64,000 nt of DNA, from positions 10,070,850 to 10,134,849 of the forward strand of contig NC_134029.1 in assembly GCF_964204645.1 (NCBI RefSeq), read 5' to 3'. Of this stretch, positions 1 to 11,136 are shown piece after piece. Within the stretch, counting starts at the first letter, position 1, and each line of letters opens with the position of its first letter. This DNA is from Tubulanus polymorphus (lineage: Eukaryota > Animalia > Nemertea). The notes below the pieces were generated by a model that worked only from the letters and a program-made list of their open reading frames with translations, was not told the origin of the DNA and made no database searches. Made by a program: the position numbers and the translations under genes.

Positions 1-743
1 AAATGCAATAATCACAACGGTGATCAATGATGGGCCCTAAATTACTAAAATAAGGAAAGTGATCGCTTTTTAAATGCTACGTATGCGTACTTACAATACA
101 CTTTTAAGAACTGCGAGATAATGCCGACGGTTCATGGAGTTCATATTTAAGCTACATGTATTTTCACTAATGCACCGGAATTAGATCGGGTGGCCTTGCC
201 ATTCGTGGTACGTTTGTTACTCGGAAAGCTCTGCTTCAAAGAAAGTGAGAATCGAGCATTCTTTTGAGCTTCAGATTTGATATCGAAATTTCGAAACGGT
301 TAGTTTACCTGTTAGTGTATGATATGCGGTGTGTTTTATGCATCTCGCATTCGCATTTCAGAAGTGTTTACTTAAGAGTGGCGCTGATATCTTGCGTGTT
401 TTTGGAATTGTTTATGTACCCTCACAAAAGGCTGTTCATTAAGGCTAATGTACACCAGTTTCCATCTTTCTTTTACGCAGTAGATATGTGTTTATCATTC
501 AAATTGATTAAGTTTTATTTAGAAAAGACTTCTCAAACGAAACGGTGCTGGCTCGTTTACCTTTTGAACTATATCGGGGAATATAAGCCCATTCACGTTC
601 TGTAATCGCGAGACTTGAAATGCTTGCTGGAATCGAGTCAAGATTTCTCCATTATTTCATGTGCGCACGTCGTAATACACACCATATGTCTGAGTGTAGT
701 TCTTTTCTCGTTTAGAAAATAACAAGATACTTCACAGATCGAC

Positions 744-3700
744 ATGGATCTCGAAAACGTTTTGAGAAAACTGGGTAAATATGGGATTTGGCAGATCGGA
801 GTTTACGTCATGTGGGCGTTTGCCTTCAATATCCCCTATGTGTTCAACGCTCTCGCGCTAGTTTTTATTGGTAAGTATTTCTTTTTACAAAAATATATAT
901 CGTTGTCTTAACAAATACTAGAATGATATGCCCAGGAATGGATCGCGCAGTTATCGTCGTATTGAGACGAGTTCGGTAGTTTGCAGTGGCGTATTCCAAC
1001 TGGCCACTCACAATTATAGAGAGATAAGGTTTTGTTTTGATATTTTTGAAAATAATTGGAAGTTAAGACAATAAAAGGTGTTTAAGTCGGCGTTAACAAA
1101 GTGATAACTGTTTACTTCTCTTAATATTTATAATAAAATGATAAATGTTTCTGCTGTCTGATAAGAATTTGCCGTTTATTCATAAGATTTTGCATTTTAG
1201 CCCGATGATTATCAACTATCATACAACTCGAGGTCCGTTGTTGATATGTACTATGATAAAAATGTTATTTCATATGTCAGACTTCAGTTCCGCTGGTATT
1301 TGTTGTTCAAGTTCGATGAGATTGAGATTTTGGCTAAGCGCCCAATTTATGAGATTTTATTTTGGTCACTGGGTTGAGATTACTTGACGCAACTATGTGC
1401 AAAATACTTTGAGCATTATTCTGAAATTTCAGGGTCTCGACCGATCTCATATCACTGTACTGTTGGCGAAAATGAAACTTTTCTCTTAGAGGGAAATGGA
1501 AAGCCATCGATGTGTTCAATGTATCGAAACTCCAGTTTCGACAACACAACTGTCAGTTGTCAGAACGGTTGGACATACGCGAATCACGAGGAGTTCGGTT
1601 CCACAATTGTCACCGAGGTACAGTATTTCGGCTGAGAAAATCTGGCCTCACGTCTTCGACGAACTTGCAATAAAGTTCAACCGCCATCGCAATAAACCCC
1701 GATTGGAATGCATTTTTGTATAGGCCCACGCGCCTATTACTGTCACAGCTGTTTATGAAAACATGTTTACATCGTTTTTCACGAAATCCTATGAGCAGTC
1801 TGTAATAACTGATTATACATGATTTATCTATATTGCTGCCAATACAATACAATAGAACTTCATTATTTTTAAGTCTGAAATTTTACAATAACAACATTCG
1901 AGTAAAAGCCAGACAGGTAAAAAATGAAAGTAACATGAAAATCATACAGAATAATAAAATAATAATATTGTGGTTTATATAGCGCTAAATCCAGCGAAGC
2001 TGCTCAGAGCGCTTTACATTTTTGGTATTATTACCCCAGCCATTTGATACTCTTACATGTCAGTCATCTCTCCCTGGAGAGAAGTAACATCCGAACAGCT
2101 CAAAAGCTACAGTTCGAATATGCATGGTTATTAGAAAATGTTATGAATATGAATAGTATTTTGCTCCCGAATCTCACAATTCACCGAATATCGTATATTG
2201 ACCCTTCGCCATTGCGTTAGTAGGGAACGATGAATTCGTCACCATTGCATTCGGGTGGCAATATTGTACTTTATTGGTCGTAATATATTGCACGTATTAT
2301 TTCATTCCAGTTCGATTTGGTGTGCGACAAAAGCTACTTATCGGAGTTGTCACAGACTCTGTACGTTATGGGTGAAACTATCGGTTCTATATTGATCACA
2401 CCTTTAGCTGACGTATACGGCCGGAAAAGGGTTCATTTGATTTGTCAGTTTTTCCTTGCTGCCTGCACAGTAATTCAGTCCTTCTCAGTCAATTATATCA
2501 TGTTCGTTCTGCTGCGGGTTGCGAACGGAATGTTTTTATCGGTAAGGATATTTCGATTCGTGATCATGTTTTTGTCTCTGTTTTGTTACTAGCACGGAAT
2601 AAAAAAAAATATAAATATTTTCCCCAGGACGCTTTCACAGTTTCTACTTATTATATTTTATTTCTACATATTTTATAGGGAGTTGTCTTGACCGCGATTG
2701 TGGCTGCGATAGAAATGTTCCCGATGGAAATGCGAACCTTAGCCGGTCAGCTGTTCTTCGTCTGGTGGGCTGGTGCTATGATGTTTATGGATCTACTGGC
2801 TTACTTCATTAGAGACTGGCGCCACCTACAATTGGCTCTGGGTCTCATTCCGTTCACGTCAATGATCGGTTTTTGGTACGTGACCTCCATAAAATGAGCG
2901 GTTGATATGGCCAATGCCCCGGAAAAAATACCTTTTAAGCTTATGCAGTAAACTAGGAAAATCTCGACGTTACGAGAAAAGCGGATACTAGAATTACTAT
3001 AAGTGAATATTGTTTTTGAAACCATATGCAAATTGTACAGCCGTATATACAACATCCATTGCCTGTTTTCTCTTTCGTTCTTTTCGAAGCAAATCGATCA
3101 TCCTTTTAAAAAAGACCTTTGATGCCGTTATTTTATAGTTAGTTACCAGCATTGCATTTCCGATCTGGGAATCCAGAAGAACTCATGCGGTAAACGGTAA
3201 TCAACATACAGCACTGCCTGTATAGGCCTATTGCTTCCGATATTTTAGATACATAGATAAAAAATGGGAATTTGGTTGCCTGGTTCTGTCATGAAGATAT
3301 ATGAAGCGATGATAATTTATCTGCCATTTATGTGCATACTCTAACTTGCGATGTATAATTCTACAACCCATACAGCTTTATACATATTAATAGACATTGA
3401 AATGTACTTTTTATCTGAAAGACGTATATGCTTAGATTTCATCAAGCGCAATTTCATCTACTTAGGTTATGTCCAGAATCAGTTCCATGGCTTCTAGCTA
3501 ATGGAAAAGTGGAAAAGGCGGAAAAGATCGTCAAACAAGCTGCAAAACTGAACAGAGTTGAGTTACCCGAACATCCGTTCCACCAGTCTATAGTGACAGA
3601 AGAAAAGGAACCTGAACCAGAGCCCGAACCCGAACCCAAAGATAATGAGGTAATAGATTTAACATCTTTTGCAAATTAGTATGATACAAATAAGAATGAG

Positions 3701-6700
3701 TGGATGATAATTCCTATACGATTATTCAATCATCGAATTAGAAATTGATCACACTTTACTCAAATCTTGAATCGTGGTTTGAGTGACCCTCAGCTTTTAC
3801 TCAATCTACGCATTATTCATTTATTAATGTCCTATGATCTGTTGTTGGTCAGCGAAACCAGCAACGTCTCGGAATAATATATATCATGATACATATGCAT
3901 GGACGCCAGGCAATTAAAACCTCACTTAATAAAGGATTTAGCATTTCTGGTGCATATGTATAACTGGTCTGGTCATATTTTCTAGTAAGTGACCTGCACT
4001 TGACCATACGTGTATTAACATGTACAGTTTTATATATATGCACACATATATGAAACTTCATCATTGATTGAACTTGAATAACCCCTATAATTTCAACTCC
4101 ATTTTAATTCTATTCGTCCACACGATTCACACCCGTATAGTAGCAGGTGTTGTAAATTCACGTGAGAGGTTAGCAAGCGCGTTAATATTTTGCCCATGAT
4201 CCCGTTGTGACAACTTTGCTGATAACTTGAAAAACATGATAACCAATCGAACCTATGTATTCTATTTTATTCGGATGACTAATATCGTGATATGTAATTT
4301 CAAATCTCCGAACCATTTTCGGATTTTAGACATACGACTTGACTCATGACGAGACAACAACATTTTTAGTGTCTAACTGAAGCGTTTAGCATCTAACTAA
4401 CGCGCGAAGTCTTCGAATTTGTCTATGATGACAATATGTACCCCGTATACTCTGGTGGTGTAATAAAAATATAACATAATAAGGCAGAATATTTGTGTAT
4501 TCATAAGCGTTGCAGATTACGATCGAATTGCCCTATATTGGGGTGGAAAATATTAAAAATAAAATCAACTGGAAAACAGCTTTCTAGTACGGAATAGTAA
4601 GAATCCTGATACAAATTTCATAATGATGTGATGATATATGCACCCGTAGCCATTGGAGGTGATATCCACCCCGTTGCGATTCTGGTTTTAATCACCAGAT
4701 CTTATTCGGGGTTGGATTGGAGCTGTCATGTGAATAGGGCCGTTTCTTCGCAACTTTATTCAAGTAATTATGTTCACTCCCATTAGGAATGTGAATATGT
4801 ATGCATAGAAAAAAATTTGATCAGTTACAAATCACAGTCTGGAGAATTGTTGTCAAACATGGAATTTTGTTACTCCGTGTCGATTTTCACGTCGTGTCCC
4901 AAGGCCATGCAGCGTAATTCCTCTTGGCTACGGGCAGCACTCAACAATATAATGAGAATTTTTACACTAATGTTGAATAATTTTTATACCTGTTTTCACT
5001 AATCATTTGACCCGTCATGTTATTTCCATGTTTCATTCTTCTATAGGTCGCAAAAGCATCAATACAATGGACCTGTCGTGGGTCCATCGTCTGCGTATAA
5101 ACCGGACTGCAAAAAGCGGTGATTAAAGGTTTTTACATGAAATAAATATTATGTCTCAATCTCGTATTTATATGATATACTCTGACAGCAATATAGAAAA
5201 TCGTTTGAATAACTTTGAACGAGCGATATTGTTTTTGTCAGAATATATTTTATGTTTTTGGGGGTTTGGGGGATTCGATCAAAATTCTTCGGGTTAATAA
5301 ATATCCTTACCGTTAAATTGGGGGCGGTTTTTTTATTTCGAAATTTCGACGGGGTGTTTTTTTTTATAAAACGTACTTCAAATTTAAGGATGTTTTATTT
5401 AACGGAATGTTATCGACAAAATTTTCTCCGAACAAGAAGTTTTAATCACATACGAACGTGGAATTCTCAAAACCGATTTGAGCTAGCTCTCTCTTGCAAG
5501 GCTTCAGAGAGGCTTCAGTCGCATGTTCCAGATGCTGGGGTCAGTCGGGTTGATTATCAATTATTTCTGGCTCATCCAATTTTTTGGCAAACACCAAACG
5601 TGTCCCGCTTCATCTGATCCAGTTGTAGTAGTTTAGATGTCACGAATTACGATTGCTATTTTACCATTGGACAAATCCATTCATGTGTAATGTTATCATG
5701 ACATGCAAGATATCTCACCATGCTTTCATTATTTATTTTCCAGTAAACTATTGATAATAATGATAAATGAAAATAATATTCGTATTAACAAAAAAGATCT
5801 ATATCTTATCTGAAGATAATTCCTTATCATGTCTCATCTAGATCATGTCATGAATGTAAACAAAACAGAAAAAAATATTTTAAAAAAAGATTTATGAATA
5901 AGCATTAATACATCATGATTCTAACACCCTAGAGGTGTGCAAATTATGTTTTCTTTTATCACGGATTTCGTTGTTTACAGCCGAAGATTCAGAAAGTGAA
6001 GCCGTGCGCTTTGGCAAGTGAAGATGCTAGAAACTGTTTCATGCTCATTTCGCATCCATTACTGAGGAGAATATTTCTGATTATGTTGTCTCTGTGGTAA
6101 GTATATGAAGACTCGTGTTTCACCAGGGATATTGATATTCAAACAACCATAACAGCGAAAACACAAATCTAATTTTTCAAATGCGTAAGCAAATTCATTT
6201 GATACAAACGTTTTGGGGAACCCCCTCATTACCACACGTGACTGGAAATGGATGACGTACGTATATGTATAATGTGTACATACAAATCTTGATTACAACA
6301 AACAAGTCTTTGATCACGGTTCCTCTTTTATTCTTAATGTCTTCGAACTAGTGTGTTATTAGTTTAGTGGTACATGTACTATATTTATTCAGTTAGTTAT
6401 AGTGGGTTGTAATTATCAAGATTTGTATGTATATAAATAACTGTATGTTATCCATTTCATTGAGTCATCTGTTACCTGATGTAGGGAAGTTCCCGAATAC
6501 CTTTTGATAATTGTTTATCGTGCAGTTTCTTGGATCACAATTAATTACGTGAATTCATCGAGACCCTACATCAAATTATTTCCAGGTTCGTGAACAACAT
6601 TGTTTACTATGGAATCACGTTCATGTCACCCAGCTTGACGGACAGCAAATACTTGAACTTTTTCCTCAGCGCACTCGCCGAGTTACCCGCCTGTCTCACT

Positions 6701-8280
6701 TGCATACTTACTTTAGAGAGGTTGGTTTCTAAACATATTAGTTTATCCAATTTCTTTCTTTAGTCTACTCTCATTGGCTCTCAATATGTTGCTCCTTAAG
6801 CAATCCACAGTTAAAGCCTCGATATGTATGGAAAGAACTTTTCTATTGTAGATTTGGAAGACGAAAACCGCTGTGTTTCTTTCATTGTTTAGCTGGAGGT
6901 GCCCTACTCATACTCATATTTGTTCCAGATAAAACTGGTAAGATAACCCTTACAGATAATGTGCGTTAACATTTATCATCAGGGTATTGGTCAATTAGTA
7001 TTTTTCACCAAGAATGTATCAAATATTTTAAAAGCTTATAGACCTTTCTAATTTGAGGGGAGTACCAGATTTTACTCATTTTATTTTTCAGCTGATGGCA
7101 CAAGCCTCATGTGGCTTATCATGACTTTGACCTTCATCGCTAAGTTTGCCATTACTGGTTCATTCAACGCACTTATTCAGTTTACGATGGAGGTATACCC
7201 TACAAATCAGAGGTATGCTTGCTAGTTTATGTATATGCTAAATGCTAATAGCTCATGCTCATGCATATGCCTAGAGCTCGTGTAAACTTTGCCATGTTTT
7301 GCAAATTGTAATGTGGGGTGGGGGTGGGGGTCGGCAGATCTAAGATAAATTCATACGTTTGTGGCCTGTAATGACAGCACAGCTGTCATCAGTGAGCGCC
7401 GCAACCGCGAAGCACATGAAGGGGGATCTGGTGGCCCTCCCCCAGAAAATTTTGAAAAATTAGATTCACCATTCCTGCCACTGGCTACCTATGGAAACCT
7501 ACTCTAGGCATGTAATTCGTAGAAAGATAATGAGGATTAAAACAGAGCACATTAAAGGAATCTAAGAATATTCATAGTATAACATGAAGGTTAAAATTTA
7601 TAAAAACCCACTTGAACTGTTGAAAAATCTCAAAATTTAACTTACGATATGCAGAAATACGACAATAACGGTAATTGACACTGTGGCATCTCATGAGTAA
7701 ACATCAGGCTATGTAAAAATATTATCTTCAAGTGTCAGAAAAGTGCCTCCTCAGCCCCTTTACGGCCCTGTACCATACTCAAGTCCATGTGTGAATCAAT
7801 TATAATTTGTTATCTCTATGCGGATAACTATCAAAGACACCTATGTGTTTGTTTATCATTTTAGAAACACTGGTCTCGGACTATCATCAATGACTGGAAG
7901 AATGTCAGGCATGATCGCACCATTCACTATTCCATTGGTAAGTAAAGGTTTATTCTTTGAACACTGCATTTGATATTCTTTCATCGAGCAATATGTAATT
8001 GTTCTGACTGATATATAACATATAATATTTTCAGGTAAAAATGATGCCATGGGTGCCATTTTTTCTTTTTGCTGTGATGTCCATCACGGTAGGAATAGCT
8101 GCAATGCTGTTACCGGAAACTTTATATTACCCTCTACCACAGACTGTAGAAGAAATGGAAACCTGGGATGTACCTACTGTCAATGGTTTGATAAACTCAT
8201 GTTTATGCCGTGACAAAAAAACACACAAAAAGAACAATCCAGAACAAATGCCGATGACAAAAGATGTGTCTTACGTTTAA
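744..8280 (+). CDS. SLC22-family organic cation/carnitine transporter-like protein, copy A (11 coding exons, ~566 aa)
   Basis: Exons 744-870, 1433-1617, 2311-2541, 2679-2875, 3466-3649, 5981-6096, 6586-6720, 6852-6937, 7092-7212, 7865-7937 and 8035-8280. All introns are GT-AG with compatible phases; total 1701 nt. SLC22/MFS motifs: LRKLGKYGIWQI, STIVTE|FDLVC, LADVYGRK, DWRHLQL, PESVPWL, FGRRKP, EVYPTNQRNTG, LLPET. Confidence 0.93.
1950..2085 (-). mobile_element. SINE/L2-type 3' tail remnant
   Basis: The reverse strand reads TGTAAAGCGCTCTGAG..AGCGCTATATAAA followed by an (ATT)n-like tail. Similar degenerate tails occur near 27040-27110 and 48840-48910. Confidence 0.5.
2145..2278. mobile_element. 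Short palindromic MITE-like element in intron 2 of copy A
   Basis: Imperfect inverted repeat ..TATTTTGCTCCCGAAT / ATTCGGGTGGCAATA.. Confidence 0.4.
5047..5118 (+). other. Candidate 72-nt stop-containing cassette (poison) exon in intron 5 of SLC22 copy A
   Basis: Upstream CACTAAT branch-point-like motif, acceptor tttcattcttctatag, donor GCG|gtgatt. In phase 0 it reads VAKASIQWTCRGSIVCV then TAA (5098-5100). The exon is identical in copy C. Confidence 0.55.
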
Positions 8281-10489
8281 TTCTGGTTAGGGAAATTAAG
8301 TAACCATGGAGAAGCAGACAGTTTCCCAAGTAGTTTCCATGGTAACACAACAAAACAGACTTATATTTGTCGATTGGCGCGACACATCGAAAACAAGACG
8401 CCTGAGTGCATCGAAAATTGGTTCTTAGAACAAAGTTCTACAATGTTATTAGCAAAATTCATAACCCTTATTCCCAACGAAATGGCGCGTGAACCTGAAA
8501 AAAAAACGACGAGAGTGGAATTTGCAAACAAAGTGTAGTTTTAACCAGAGTTTTCAGTGGGAGCCTCCATCACTACTGAGGCAATGCACCTATAGCAAGC
8601 TGGGATCCACCAGGCTCGCTAGAAGTTACTTGGTTCTACCGCGATCAATTCCTTCTACATATTAGTTAAATCCGAGTGAACCTTTCTCTTGAATAATATT
8701 TTTTAGAGAACAATACCAATCAGTGATTACTAAAGAAATGGATTTAAGAATTATTTGAGAAATATATCTATTCGGGAGCCTTAATGTCCAGTTCAAAGTT
8801 GATTGAAAATGAACTTATCTAAACAACGAATGACTTCAGTGCCGATCACGCCGTCTGGCAAGATAGCTGGTTTTGTGGTTCCTCGTTGTGACAAGGGACC
8901 ATGTCCTGAAGGACGTTTATAGCGCTGCTTTCGTGTAATCTCGTCCAATTATGGGTTTATGGTGTACGGATTCCTTTGACTATTTCGGTACCTTCCACCC
9001 ACAATTCAGCCACTGATGATGGCACTGATAAATTGCGTACGAACGCAATACATGCATTTGTAATCATAGATACTCTTACGTGGGGTATAGATTAAACTCC
9101 ACGATGATGAACCTCGACTTTGTACAAAATCTTAGAACATAATCATAATCATGAATCGTTTTTTTTTTGTATTCGCTGTTGTCGTGTGTGTTAACTGACA
9201 TCGAAAGGAATGATGTAATATCATGTTATCATTTTAAAATTGTATCAATGAATACAGATTAACTTGGGTTTACATACATACATGTGCAGTGTATAATGCT
9301 TATTGAAATTACGAGTTTTAACTCTTTAAACATACGCTTTATACAGGTATACACCTTATTTCCGTAAACACTGCGCTTTGATGCATACGCTTGTATGGTT
9401 CCTGAGAAAAAAAACGCTATTTATGAAATGGTATTTATTCAACAAACAATCCTTCGAAAGTGTCAGGCAAATTTGATGGATTTTTGTACACTTGTTACTT
9501 TGTAAGTGTGGGTGCAAGTGCGTGTGTGCGTGACGTGTTTGTCATATCAAACAATGCACTATATATGTAAATAGATAATAAATTTGAACATATGTTTGGT
9601 TATGAAAAAAGAATTAGTTTTTCTCTGAAATGATGTGGGTGTTTTTTCATTTCATACACTACATTGGGTTTACCTTCGAGGCTCTATGCAATCAACGATT
9701 CTAATGCTTGAGATTTAAAACTCTGATGTCTAAATACAATCGAAGGCTGCCCGTGTATTTTTTCTGCAAGTTATTCCACATTGTATCATTAAGGTTGCTG
9801 ATCGGTCAAATTCCTGTTCAATGTATTACGCCTAGATAGCGTACGTACATGTCTAGCCGGCTGTGATGTGGCAGCGGCTGAATTAGAACTTCGATATACA
9901 TTTAAAATATTCATATGTTCGCATTTCGTATGTTTTTCGATTGCGTTCGAGCACCCTTCTTTATGTGACACATATATTAGGCGCTCATTTTTTGTATTGA
10001 AATTTGTAATCCGACGATACATGCATGTTAAAAACGAATGGCGATAAAAAAGCCGGGACATGGAGATCGTAAAGGTCTTGAGGAAACTTGGCGAATAGGA
10101 GTATACGTGATGTGGGTATTCGCTTTCCATGTCCCGTATGTTTTTAACGCCCTCGCTCTTGTTTTTATAGGTAAGTTTATTTACACAGGATCTTTGTTGT
10201 CGGTTGATGGCTGGAAACTGCGAACCATATTTCAAAAAGTAAAAGATATTGGGAAAAAGAAACATAGAACCCGCTTATAATGTCCTGTGTGGCGCTTAGC
10301 GGGTTGAGGGTTTTAAAAAAGTGGTAATGGTGGGGAGATGTTGGAGAGGGTATTTATGATAAGAATTGTGGTCATTATACCTCCGCCCAAAATACCTCCA
10401 CCCAAATATCCCACACCCAGAATCCCTCCTCCCCCCATTCCAGAATACCCTCATATGTGTCCAAAATACCTCCCTAGATAAGCCCTAGA

Positions 10490-11136
10490 TCCAGGAAGAA
10501 AGACACTAAATATTTGGATGGATATATGAAAGCTGTGGGTACTGGAGTGTGTAATGGGTAGTGTAGTGTGATCTGTTCGCATTTTGGTGGCCAGCACACA
10601 GATCACATTGTTCATTGGGGTTTGATCCAGGACTCGCGAGATTTTCAACAACACGGAAGTAACGTGTAATAAATGATGACTTGAATTGCATGACTACCTA
10701 CCACCCCTCACTAAAAATTAGTAATAATAATTAATAACATTTTAGAAATGGCCAGAATTTTAACTTAGGTTCTATCTCAATTTTATTTTACAATTGCGAT
10801 TGGTATAATTTTTTTTTAAACGGCCGTTAAGGCTTCATGTTTCGTCTCCAATTCACTGCAAATAGTTACGCAACTACGCACATTTCAGTGTTTTTGGCAG
10901 CTGTACACTCAATCGGCACCGTTCGTGACTAGCTTCACTGCGGAATTATCATTAATTAACATCGCTATATCAAATCAACTTATATTGTGCCTTAAAACCC
11001 TAACAGCCGAAATAATTGAAATGCACACACGATTTCTATCATTGAAAATTGAGAGAGTGGCCATGTTTGTGTTCTGCTGCATCGCGTAAATCCCGCGCGG
11101 TGGCGCAACCGTGCCGAGTGGGGCCGATACGTCCAG
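10490..11136 (+). mobile_element. Non-autonomous Helitron-like repeat, copy 1
   Basis: Near-identical to 31899-32565. Shared homology starts at A|TC and ends with a degenerate GC-rich hairpin followed by CCAG|T. Confidence 0.65.

Noticed and set aside
264-605. 113-aa ORF upstream of copy A
   Set aside because: Non-ATG start and no family motif; likely promoter or UTR-intron sequence.
5047-5118. The cassette as a normal coding exon (its other two frames are open)
   Set aside because: Both flanking exons are phase 0 and join directly in frame. Using an open frame would need two extra phase-shifting exons that I could not find; micro-exons are not fully excluded.
9789-10265. 158-aa minus-strand ORF
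   Set aside because: It is antisense to pseudogene exon 1 and has no recognisable motifs.
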